A stretch of DNA of 63,398 nucleotides, the filler included, from Octopus bimaculoides (taxonomy: Eukaryota), in assembly GCF_001194135.2 (NCBI RefSeq). It is 5 parts of 5 records of this genome, joined end to end, with 100 filler letters (N's around TTAATTAATTAA, not from the genome) between each part and the next. Parts side by side here need not be neighbours in the genome. Positions count along the whole stretch, not along the records: positions 29,007 to 48,682 come from NC_068981.1; positions 48,783 to 59,914 come from NC_068985.1; 3 more parts are not named here. The stretch is one strand, 5' to 3'. Made by a program: the position numbers and the translations under genes. The notes beneath the pieces were generated by a model. That model saw nothing but the letters and a program-made list of their open reading frames with translations. It did not search any database and was not told where the DNA came from. Below, one piece after another: positions 37,340-48,944 of this stretch; position 1 is the first letter of the stretch, and the number at the start of each line of letters is the position of its first letter.

Positions 37340-37376
<37 letters not shown>

Positions 37377-37486
37377 GACATATGTATATAAAACATGTAT
37401 ATATACATATATATACATCATGATATGTATTGTGTACACATATATAATATAATGTATATCATATAATATACATCATATAACATGTC

Positions 37487-37538
<52 letters not shown>

Positions 37539-37595
37539 CGCATTGGAAGTTCATCAAATGATATTTACGTATATTTGTGTGTATATGTACATAAA

Positions 37596-37638
37596 GGAGC
37601 ACTCCGTCGGTTACAACGACGAGGGTCCCAGCTGATAC
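37596..37638 (-). mobile_element. SINE C 3' end, into gap (another fragment at 42848-42943)
   Basis: GGAGCACTCCGTCGGTTACAACGACGAGGGTCCCAGCTGATAC. Confidence 0.8.
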
Positions 37639-37813
37639 NNNNNNNNNNNNNNNNNNNNNNNNNNNNNNNNNNNNNNNNNNNNNNNNNNNNNNNNNNNNNN
37701 NNNNNNNNNNNNNNNNNNNNNNNNNNNNNNNNNNNNNNTACACATACATATACACATACACATACATATACATATACACATACATACACATATACACATA
37801 CATACACATACAC

Positions 37814-37856
<43 letters not shown>

Positions 37857-37983
37857 NNNNNNNNNNTTATACATGTGTATATATATATATACGTATGTAT
37901 ATATGTCTATACATATGTATATACATATGTATATATACATGTATATATACGTATGTATATACATATGTATATATATACATATG

Positions 37984-38034
<51 letters not shown>

Positions 38035-38930
38035 TTGATGAAAACTAAATAAATATCTGTGTGTTTGTGTAGGTGGGTTTGCTCGCGCGCACTAGATGAA
38101 AGTTGATATAATTTTTCCATCTACAGTATTTCCCAGTAATTGAAAGCCAACTTAATAATTGTTTAAACCTTCTATTGTTGTTGATGTTATTTTGAACACT
38201 TAAAAAAATATTTACAGATTTTCATAATGCATCTTGTGTTTGATTTAAACAAACGAATCAACGTATAATGCAAACACGTAATTAACAAAACTGAACTGAA
38301 TAACTGCGTCTATTTGACAATTCAATCATTTTAAATCGATAAGAAATTTAGTTCATATCATAGATTATTCTTTATCTGCTATGGAAGAGCAGATAACATT
38401 ATTTTCGAGGTATAAAAAATATATATGTAATTTGAATACTCTTTGTAGTTGTTTTCTACGGAGTATTACAAAGTCGTAGCGTTTCATAGCCAATACAGAC
38501 TATGGCGGACGCTGTTATTATGTATATACATTACAGCACTCCAGTTACATCAGTAACAAAATCGTTAATTATTGTAATCAAATGGTACAATAAAATTGTT
38601 CCTGAAACATCAAAAAGTTACCATTAAACTTACTATTATGCCGACCACTTATTACCATTCTTCGGACCAAATTTCTTTGAAAAGTCGGGAGAAAATCAAA
38701 TTATCTAAATCGATGAATATGTATTATCAATACATAATCATCAAATTATTATATTTCTCACTTTCGCTTTTTTATGTTTTTTTTAATTTATTTATTTATT
38801 TATTTATATCTTAAGGCAGTTTTCGAATAACATTTTAAATCATTATCAGGTTTTAAGTGCATGTGTATAGACGTATAAGTTGTGTACGTATGTATGTATG
38901 TACGTATGTAGAGATACATACATACATACA

Positions 38931-38961
<31 letters not shown>

Positions 38962-39493
38962 GCACACACATAGAATATTAGGTGTGAGCAGTTGTATATT
39001 TGAGTGCGAGAAACTACTCGTAGATACGAGATCCTCCACATTAATACTATTAATAATTGAGATTTTTTCTGATCAAATTCATTGACGAAACTTTTTTTTA
39101 TTTAAGATCCGACTGATATCGATCTCAAACTTGAATTTACTGCGCTGGGAATCGTTAGAAATACTATCGTTGAGAAGACTGCATCGAAAACATAAAAGTA
39201 AATATGAAAAACAATGAAAAACAAAATCGAAATGTTTCTTCGAGTTGTGAACTCGAAATGACTTTTCTGATGACAATAAAATGGCAAAACGGTCCCTCTG
39301 TTAGCTACATGAATGCAAAGAAAATATATTAGGATGAGCTTCTAACAAAGATAAATTATTTCAGTGCGATACAATTATTCCATTTACGCCAACAAGTCAC
39401 ATTTGTTGAACCCTAATGCAGTGTTGATTATTGCAATTTTTTTCCACCAATGAGAGAGCAGTGCATAAATAACACAAGAGCATTCTCCGAGAT

Positions 39494-40148
39494 CAGTGGA
39501 TCACAACCGTGATCCTTACGGCCCTTGGGGGTCCATATAAGGTTTTGTTGTTAAAATTTATGTGCAATATATTGGTTATACTTCTACAATGCACAAAATG
39601 TTTTAACAATTTCTTATACAATTCCTAATAATATTTATGAAAATATAAAAGGAATAATTACTATGAAGCGTTGTGTAGAAATATATTGCATAAAGGATCG
39701 TGGGTAAGGCCAAAACATTGCGAAGTAAATGCAATGTAAATCACAAGAAAACAAATATATGAATTAATGTAGACTTACCTTGAGTTCAATATGTCGGGAT
39801 TATGATTCCATTTTCAAGAAAATAAACAAATGTTGCCGATGTGCGTGAGTGAGCGTGTGTGGAGTGGACATATGCGGAAAGGTGTTGCTATAGCAACCAG
39901 CTAGCTTCCTGTAACTCTTTTCTGTTGTTGATCTTAGCTTTCTTTTGGTGTATGAGGATGGCCTCAGAGATTCTAAGGTTGCTTCTGTTCCGCTGTGTTG
40001 CCTTGATGTGCACTGTGAAATCCCGGGTCTGGCATTTCCGTAGTTGTTTCTTCACGGATTTTTAAAACATCAAATGGTTATGGGGGTCCATCTCAGTAAA
40101 ATAGGAACCAAAAGGGCTACATACGTAAAAACTGGTTTATAACTACCT
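39494..40148. mobile_element. Possible hAT/Charlie-like MITE, interrupted
   Basis: Starts CAGTGGATCACAACC..GGGGGTCCATA and ends GGGGTCCAT..AAAAACTGGTTTATAACTAC, loosely like CAGTGGTTCTCAACC/GGTTGAGAACCACTG termini; TIR and TSD are poor. Confidence 0.4.
39790..40065 (-). pseudogene. Penelope-like element 3' fragment (GIY-YIG endonuclease C-terminus + UTR)
   Basis: DFTVHIKATQRNRSNLRISEAILIHQKKAKINNRKE resembles the PLE motif R.I.EAI.I....P.IN...E. Confidence 0.6.
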
Positions 40149-40578
40149 TGAAATAAGGTTGACCGTTCATTCCAAGGTCTCATTTGTGACGATAACAACA
40201 GCCACGGTAGTAAACGTGTCGGGAGCTGCAAAAGGGAAAGGTATAAGAGATTGAAAAATATTTTCGATTAAATATTTCAAGAAAAGATTATTTGGGTTTT
40301 CAATACTCCCGACACAATACAAGCCATGTTTGGTTAGCATTAATAAGAGGTCTACTAAGCTGATGTTGTCGACGATTAACATCGTAAGTGAATATTTACA
40401 ACAGAATAATATCTCTTCATGTTGGCAAATAACTACTTGTTTGTATGCCCTTATAGTAACTCCTAAACTGTACCTTTACAGAAACTAAATAAGTAATCAA
40501 AGCTAAATCAATGGAAAGATTCTATATCGAATTAAACGGAAAACAAGGTCGTTGGTTTATGAAAGCCTATCAGTTATA

Positions 40579-40790
40579 CAGGGTGTCCACAAAGTCTGGG
40601 TACATGGGGATTAACACATACCTTAAGAAATTATTACTTCTTATATTTAATTGTTTATGTAATGATTTTATTTACTCCATGTACCCACATGAGGATTAAC
40701 ACATACTTTAAGAAATTATTATTTCTTATATTTAATTGTTTATGTTATGATTTTATTTCCTCCATGTACCCAGACCTTGTGGACACCCTG
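40579..40790. mobile_element. Tc1/mariner-type MITE with 85-bp internal tandem duplication
   Basis: TIRs CAGGGTGTCCACAA.GTCTGGGTACATGG / reverse complement; TA on both sides (40577-78, 40791-92). Confidence 0.9.
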
Positions 40791-41094
40791 TATAATAACG
40801 CATTTCCTATACAAACAAACAATTAATTATATCGGTCAATAAAATGTTGAAAATAAAACAGAAACAATCTTAAGAGAGAATGTAAAAAGAGAACATTTTA
40901 CTCTAAATTTATCACGCTTAAACTGGTTTAAAAGATGTATCAGAGAAGAGTAGTTTAAATATAATTAACCACTAGGAAACTCAATCTAAACAAATAAGCA
41001 ATCTACACAGATACGAGGAGACTGTCGATGAAAGACATAGAGACTCCTTTTCATGAAGAAAGAGATTTATTTTGAGAAGGTTTTGCCTGACAGC

Positions 41095-41270
41095 ACTTCT
41101 TTAATTGCATCAACCACGGACGATATAGCCGCGCGCGTAAACAGAAAATCGTAATTACTATCGTGCTCCACGTAACGTGTATCTCTATAGCCAAGAGACA
41201 ACGGAAGTGACGATGTTTTATCACCGACGACCATGATGCACTGACCTCCACACAAACAACGAGCAATCCT
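41095..41270. promoter_or_regulatory. Candidate CpG-rich promoter-like patch
   Basis: Not assignable to a repeat family here; CpG-dense; CGGAAGTGACG (41202-41212), GCCGCGCGCG, CCACGTAACGTG. Motif-only evidence. Confidence 0.3.
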
Positions 41271-41286
41271 GAAACGTTCGTTGTCT

Positions 41287-41310
41287 GGAAACTGAAAGAA
41301 GCTCGTCGTG

Positions 41311-41363
<53 letters not shown>

Positions 41364-41575
41364 TAGCGTGTCTGTGCTTGTCCCCCACCCACCATCGCTT
41401 GACAACCGTTGTTGGTGTGTTTGTCTCCGAAACTTAGCGGTTCGGCAAAAGAGACCGATAAAATAAGTACAAGGGTTACAAAGAATAAGTCCTGGGTCGA
41501 TTTCTTCGACTAAAGGCGGTGCTCCAGCATGGCCGTGGTCAAATGACCGAAACGTATAAAAGAGAATAAAAGAAT
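41287..41575 (+). mobile_element. SINE B, 5'-truncated
   Basis: GGAAACTGAAAGAAGC, internal (TG)n, CATCGCTTGACAACC, GGTGCTCCAGCATGGCC. Confidence 0.88.
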
Positions 41576-42123
41576 ATACACAGACATATACATTCACATT
41601 TAAAGACATACATACACGCACGCACACATACATACATACACACATACACAAGTCTGCATTAGCAATACACAAAACCCCAACTGTAAGACCAAAACAATAA
41701 CTCCAACAGAGAAAAAAATCTGAGCACCCCCCCCCCCANNNNNNNNNNTGAAATAAAAGTTGGCACAGATCTTCTTCCCATGAACATTTGAAAATCCCAT
41801 TCAACCCTGCAACAAAACAAAAAGGAAACAATACAAATTCACTGAAAAGGTTGTCGTGGATACTTAAAACAAAACAAAAAAACTCAGATCATAGAGAAAA
41901 TAAACCAGGGCAAAAACCTAGAATGGAATACCGACAAGGCTATGACATTTCACCATGAATGTCACCTCTATACAATCCAAAGCGAGAAGTGCTTATTATT
42001 ATTATTATTATTATTATTATAACAGACAGAAATTATCAACAGTCAAATTTAGGCTGTACAAAGTCAAAACCGAAAGCATGAGTTCCATCACTGCCAGTTG
42101 TAAAAGAACGTCCTTTAGATATT

Positions 42124-42342
42124 GGTCTCAAATTTTGGCACAACGCCAGCAAGCTCAGGGGATGGAGAACATCGATTACATCGACCCCACGATTCAACTG
42201 GTACTTATTTTATCGACTCCGAATGGTTGAAAGGCAAAGTCGACCTCGGCGGAATTTGAACTCAGAACGCAAAGACAGACGAAATACCGCTAAGCATTTT
42301 GCCCGGCGTGCTAACGATTCTGCCAGCCCATCGCCTTAAATA
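42124..42342 (-). mobile_element. SINE A, full length, 13-bp TSD (1 mismatch)
   Basis: TCCTTTAGATATT (42111-42123) and TCCTCTAGATATT (42343-42355). Confidence 0.92.
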
Positions 42343-43219
42343 TCCTCTAGATATTACCTTCCTATGATATATATGATAAGCAGAGTAATCCGGAATAGAG
42401 TGAGAAAGATAAAAGTAATAAAAAGATTAGTATTTTGAGGCCGGTAGATCAAAAGAATATTGGGAGAATAGCCTAAGAATGAAAGCAGCAACCAAATTAA
42501 AGCAGAACCAACCTGATATTGTTGTGTGGAGGCCACAACATAGTAATCCAACTGCCCACGTAGCATCTTTGTTGTAAGAAACGTTTAAGAGTAAGAAGAC
42601 ATCTAAAGATCATTAAGGACTTTACAAACGCAGTGCCTGGAATACACTTTTAGTTTGGTACCTGTCCGATAACTCACGTCATTATTGGAGCAGTAAGGTA
42701 TGTACCGAGCCATGTGGATTGTAGCATGGATTACAAAACTTGGATTTTGGGAGAGAGAAAAAGTATAGCTTTATAATTCATGCTCCACAGATGATCGCCA
42801 TATTTGAGACAAAATAATCTGCAAGACTTTCTTAATATAACATTACTGGCACTCCAACGGTTACGATGAGGGTTCCAGTTGATCCGATCAATCGAACAGC
42901 CTGCTCATGAAATTAACGTGCAAGTGGCTGAGTACTCCACAGGCAGAATGAATGATTGTGCGAAGGATAACGAAGAGAACAAAACGCGTTTCCTGATAAC
43001 TTTTCCGTCCAACACTGACTATAAAAATAGACACGAAGACTCCAATCGGGAATAGAAATACATATAAAGGATACAAACTCAAAGAAGCTGCACAGCTTTA
43101 TTGTGGCAACACATCAGGAGAACGGATTTCTGCTTATCAGCAGAAATCTGCTTATCATGTGTGACTACATTGTTAAAAAGCTTCAGGCTGACAGTCACAT
43201 AAACAAAGTATCCTATATT

Positions 43220-43625
43220 CTTTTCTACTCAAGGCACAAGGCCCGAAATTTTGGAGGAGTAGGTAAGGGGTTAGTCGATTAGATCGACCTCAGTAAGCAA
43301 CTGGTACTTAATTTATCGACCCCCGAAAGGATGAAAGGCAAAGTCGACCTCGGCGGAATTTGAACTCAGAATGTAAAGACACGAAATACCGCTAAGCATT
43401 TGGCCCGGCGTGCTTATGTTTCTTATTTCCTTATTGCCCACGAGGGGCTAAACATAGAGGGGACAAACAAGGACAGACAAAGGGATTAAGTCGATTACAT
43501 CTCCCCCAGTGCGTAACTGGTACTTAATTTATCGACCCTGAAAGGATGAAAGGTAAAGTCGAATTTGAACTCAGAACATAAAGACACACGAAATACCACT
43601 AACGTTTCTGCCAACTCGCCGCCTT
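43220..43625 (-). mobile_element. Dimeric SINE A with perfect 17-bp TSD
   Basis: ACAAAGTATCCTATATT at 43203-43219 and 43626-43642; two monomers with different 3' tails. Confidence 0.92.
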
Positions 43626-43720
43626 ACAAAGTATCCTATATTGGAGTAACAGTCGCCATGATTAGCCGCTAAATCCACAAGTTTTTTTTTTTTTTAATCT
43701 CTGTTTATTTCCTCGTATTC

Positions 43721-43756
43721 CTTTCTGTTGAAGAGCGTTGGCTCGAAACGTAAAAG
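43721..43756 (+). ncRNA. Minimal hammerhead-ribozyme-like motif (variant core CUGUUGA)
   Basis: CTTT-CTGTTGA-A-GAGC-gttg-GCTC-GAAA-CG-TA-AAAG: stem I cttt/aaag, stem II gagc/gctc, palindromic 2-bp stem III, GUA cleavage triplet. Confidence 0.55.
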
Positions 43757-44350
43757 ACTTCCTCACCTTCCCGAGCGTCAAATTAATACACCTGCTAGTT
43801 GTTTATACACCCGTCTTCGTCTTTTTTTTTTTTGTAAATTTCACTTAACAACTACTATATTAGATCTCACTTTGAAAAGTATGTTTTTGTAATCTAGGAA
43901 CAGGAATAGTAAAATACCTGATGCACAAAACAGATGGGATTGCAAGTGTTAAGCAAAATATCCGCCGAAGATATGATACTCAAAAATGATCAGATGTTTG
44001 AAAATATCATTACGCATTTTGTGTGCCAACATGGCATGATGTGGCCAAAACACAATACAATGCAATTTATAGAAAGTTTAGTTTTAAAGATCGAATCACG
44101 GTGATGTGGATAGTATCCTCACTCTTAACATGAAAGAATAATGGCTCCAGTAAAAATACTTTAAATCAGAAATAATGCTCTCGGAGAAAAGACATTGTGC
44201 AGTGCAGAAATCAACTGTACGGTAGGCCTTACAGATAAAACCAAGCCATTATGGCGAACTAATGAGAAAACCGTGTAAACTACATCCAAGCTATAACTTA
44301 AATTTATACCCGTGGATAATGATGAACTTGAAAGCCGTGAGCTTCAGAGT

Positions 44351-44559
44351 CTTTACTGCTCTTTTACTTTACTTGTTTCAGTCATTTGATTGTGGCCATG
44401 CTGGAGCACCACCTTTAGTCGAGCAAATCGACTCCAGGACTTATTCTTTGTAAGCCTAGTACTTGTTCTATCGGTCTCTGTTGCCGAACCGCTAGCATCG
44501 GTTGTCAAGCAATGCTAGGGGGGACAAACACAGAAACAAACATACACACACACACACAT

Positions 44560-44606
<47 letters not shown>

Positions 44607-44765
44607 GACGGGCTTCTTTCAGTTTCCGTCTACCAAATCCACTCACAAGGCTTTGGTCGGCCCGAGGCTATAATAGAAGACACTTGCCCAAGATGCCACG
44701 CAGTGGGACTGAACCTGGAACCATGTGGTTGGTAAGCAAGCTACTTACCACACAGCCACTCCTAC
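44351..44765 (-). mobile_element. SINE B, full length
   Basis: tRNA-like head (GTGGCTGTGTGGTAAG..GGTTCAGTCCC on minus), CORE-like CTTGGGCAAGTGTCTTC, internal (TA)/(CA) tract, GTAAAAGA-type tail. Confidence 0.93.
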
Positions 44766-44772
44766 TATGAAC

Positions 44773-44932
44773 ACAATGCTTAACGGATTTTCTTGTTTCT
44801 TTATACCCTGAGTTCCAGTTCCGCCGAAGTCAACTTTGCCTTTCATCCTTCCAGGGTTGGTAAAATATGTACCAGTGAAACACTGGGGTCGATGTAATCG
44901 ACTATCCCACCCACTAAAATTTTCAGGCCTTA
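44773..44932 (+). mobile_element. SINE A, 5'-truncated
   Basis: CTGAGTTCCAGTTCCGCCGAAGTCAACTTTGCCTTTCATCC..CTGGGGTCGATGTAATCGACT. Confidence 0.8.
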
Positions 44933-45605
44933 AAACAATTATCGAGGAACTTGGTTTTTGGAACCAAGTGTCACAGTACCGATCTAGAAATGATGGGGGG
45001 GGGAGTTATAAACACCAGGGAATAACACAAATGATTAGAAAGTTGCATGTAAATATCTGTATCTTCATTTACATACGGCAGAATAAACTTATGGAATGTT
45101 TTTACGTTTTATATAGTATTAAAGTTCTATCAATGGATCTTGAGTGTAATTTTCTAATTAGTCACGCCCTATTGGGTTCCATTAATTTGTCACGCCTTTT
45201 TGGGTTCTTGTGAAACTTGGTCCTGGGGCTGTTAATGGTACAAAAAGAACCCTAATAATCACTTGACAAATTAGAAAATTGCAGTTACGAGTCATTAATG
45301 GAACCCTAATGCCATGCAGAATATCCCAGAAGGATTCGTTTGCCTGTAATAAATGGATCCTCCGTCAATTTCGACGAGGAGCATTTTCAATTATTCAATC
45401 AACTGGATGAACCTGATTACTCAATGAACCGCAATGAGTATTTTACACGTTATAGGCACGTTATCGGCAAGGCAATCCTCAGGTCGAATCATGCTGGGTC
45501 CTTAAATTATGTGTACCTTTCATTTGATAGGCTCCACATAGTTTCACTCACAAATCTGGGATATATGTGTGTGTACGCGCATACACTTACACATAGAAGT
45601 ATATA

Positions 45606-46441
45606 CAGGGTGCGACGGGTAAATTGTCGCCATGTTGTATTTTTAATTTCGTGCATGCGCATTGTTTTTGATTTTGTCAACAATACGGTATAGTAGGGTC
45701 AGTTGGACACCGTGACGCAATTCATTCTGCCAGAAATTTGGAAACGATATGCTGTACTGTTTGGCTTTCGTGCATGAAACTCCAATACGAACATTTCAGA
45801 GTGTTTGGGTGTCAATCTGAGGACATGCACCGAGAGTGATAAAAATCAAACTTCCAGTCAATATCATGATGTTTGGAGTGATCAGTAATGATGGTGACGT
45901 TATGCCTCCATTCATCTTCCCACACGGCCTCACATTCAATACAGAGGCCTACATCAAATACCTGGAGGAGGTAGTGCTGCCCTGAGTCAAGAGGGTGGCT
46001 GCTGTAAGACCCTATGTCTGGTAACAGGACTCTGTACCAACCACACAAGCAGGAGAAGCCAGTCGTGGCTGTCAGACAATTTCTGAGACCGCATCACCTC
46101 TAACATCTGAACACCTAACTCCCCAGAGTGCAACCCCCTTGAGTATTATGCGTGGGGCGCAGTTGAGCGAGATACCATCAAAACACAAAAGATGAACTGA
46201 AGGCAAGGATTATAGCAGCATTCACCAACTTAAACAAGAAGACTTCCAGAAGAGCTGCAGGAGATTCCGAAGTCGTCTGGAAGCCGTGGTTGAAGCCAAT
46301 GGCGATTTTATTGAATAAATTTACTCTTTAGTATTTCAAGATATTTTTATGTAATTTTGGTAAATATATCTGTTAAAATGAGATGTCAGTGTTATTTTCA
46401 TTTTTGCGAAATTTTGACGACAGTTTATTCACCGCACACTG
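45606..46441 (+). mobile_element. DD37D (maT-like) Tc1/mariner transposon, internally deleted, 836 bp
   Basis: TA-flanked TIRs CAGGGTGCG..GGTAAATTGTCG; IMMFGVISNDG..PPFIF..QDS.P.HTSRRSQSWL..NSPECNPLEY, 37 residues between 2nd and 3rd catalytic positions after repairing one frameshift. Confidence 0.9.
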
Positions 46442-46636
46442 TATATGTGAACTAATGACCACATACAAGCAAAATAAATAGGCACATACGCAGNNNNNNN
46501 NNNNNNNNNNNNNNNNNNNNNNNNNNNNNNNNNNNNNNNNNNNNNNNNNNNNNNNNNNNNNNNNNNNNNNNNNNNNNNNNNNNNNNNNNNNNNNNNNNNN
46601 NNNNNNNNNNNNNNNNNNNNNNNNNNNNNNNNNNNN

Positions 46637-46668
<32 letters not shown>

Positions 46669-47167
46669 CCACTTATTTGATGGTCTCTACATTTCGGCTA
46701 AGCTGCTCTGTTTCTTGATTGCATGCAGGGTCTTGGGAGTGGTACTCGGAAATTAAACTAGGAAAGCATACGTGTATACATACGTGCATACATACACACA
46801 AGGAAATTATAATTAGGACAGGCATACAAGATGGCACTGTTAACAACAGAAGAGCAGGTGTAGCGGAAGAAGAAAATACGTTTGAAAGTTTTCTCCTACA
46901 ACCCCTACGATTTATTTCATTTTTGTATTTGACGCTTTCTTATCTTGAAGTTTTTCTATCTCACATGTATCACCATTAACACTGTGAATTTAGCGTAATG
47001 TAAAGGCATTATATCGCTTGGATGTTTTTCTAGCAACACTATCCTAGTTGATCTCCTTTAGGTATGTGTGTGCAAGATTCAAGCCGGTCATTAAATTGAT
47101 AGAGTCTTTCGTTTAAGTCAGACAGCATTTGGGGTTTGGGAAAATGTGAATTAGTGCTTGTGTGTAC

Positions 47168-47216
<49 letters not shown>

Positions 47217-47700
47217 GATACGAGGAGTTTTCGTCAGGGCGACTCAAACTAATAAAGATGCTCTCCGAGTGCTCAAATGGGTATTCCGCTAAATTTCGGT
47301 TTGAGCTGCGGTTGAACATGTGATTATGTGACTGCTCTTTCCAAAGCGGCTAGAAGTGGCTTCCCCTTGAGGAGGTTGGTATAAATTAAAGCAGAAAAAA
47401 GGCAAATAGCTTGCAAAACTCGACAAGGACATTTAATTTAGCTATATAATAAAAGGTTTAGATACTATCTAATGGTGGTTTAAATGAGGGCTTTAACTCT
47501 TCTTTCTAGCAGGTAGGCGCCTTGTGCGCCCTTATGATTAATATGAATTGTAATTCTATAGCTATCTAATGCTATTTTAGGCCTGCAGCCACCTATATTA
47601 TTGTTATTATCAACTATTTATATTACCGCAGATAATAATAGCAATAATAATATCTATGTAGATATTCACTTCTGAATATTTACTCCTTATATATATATAT

Positions 47701-47747
<47 letters not shown>

Positions 47748-48215
47748 TACAAGTGGATGTGAAGATACATTTGCTTTCATGTAGTGGGTGTACATGCCAT
47801 TCTTATATACAAGTGTCTGTACTTTATACCTTTATACGTACATTCATGTATCTATGGATGTACTTAGGGAATTTTTTTTAAATGTACAACATATTCTCAG
47901 TTTCTTTTACAGATAAAATTCTTAAAATGTGTGCTTAATAATATTTTTGTTCGTCTGAAAATCCCAATTTTTCAGAATAATACTTAAATACTTAAACACA
48001 ACTCGTAATTTAACTAAGCACGCCAATAATTACACGTATACATGTAAATTTATAACGTAGGTAGAAAAAATTGTATGTTATCTTAAGGATAATTTGGAAT
48101 AATTATTACAGTCTTAGTGAAACCTTCAATCTAAATTAATCATTTCCAGTTAGAAGATGGTCACGAAATATTTCACTTCATAACAATAATGGAAACTGAA
48201 TTTTATTAAATAATA

Positions 48216-48246
<31 letters not shown>

Positions 48247-48249
48247 TAC

Positions 48250-48570
48250 CCGAACATCTACGACGATTTGAATTGGGAAATACGAAAGTTATGATCAATG
48301 AGGAGTGTAGACTTGATACTAGTAGTAATTGGTGCACTTGGAAGTATCAGCACTCAACTACCAGCATGGTTCAAAGCGATCGGTACAAATGTAAAGGTAG
48401 AACGCCTACAAAAATCAGCATTGCTTGGAACTGCAAGAATTCTTCGCAGAGTTCTTTAAGCAGGACCAGTTAACAAGTGTCACTTTAGTCTACTGGCTGA
48501 GGACAGCAGACACTTTCCATCACACCCAGCAAAATAAGCTGCGAGTTTTCATCAAATAATTATAATAATA
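48250..48570 (+). mobile_element. 5'-truncated R4/Dong element in (TAA)n
   Basis: YDDLNWEIRKL*..VVIGALGSIST..LQKSALLGTARILRRVL* plus 3' UTR; (AAT)n on both sides. Confidence 0.87.
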
Positions 48571-48863
48571 ATTTTATTTCATACGATGAAGAAAGAGCTT
48601 GGTTTCTAACAAATGAACAAAATTTTGAGGAGGTGAAGATGTAAGTCTACTTTTAAAACAGACAATAAATATATTCTTTTCCNNNNNNNNNNNNNNNNNN
48701 NNNNNNNNNNNNNNNNNNNNNNNNNNTTAATTAATTAANNNNNNNNNNNNNNNNNNNNNNNNNNNNNNNNNNNNNNNNNNNNGTGTATGTATACAACAAT
48801 TAGAGGGACAGGGAAAAAGAATGGGTTATTTGTGGCCTTCTTGCACCACTCATATATAGAAGG

Positions 48864-48898
<35 letters not shown>

Positions 48899-48944
48899 CA
48901 TACATGCATACACACATATATATATGGATATTTGGCTCAACAGC

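Noticed and set aside
40167-40382. ORF with NISLVDLLLML, reminiscent of GPCR TM2
   Set aside because: No TM1/TM3 motifs or consistent helix pattern; likely coincidence.
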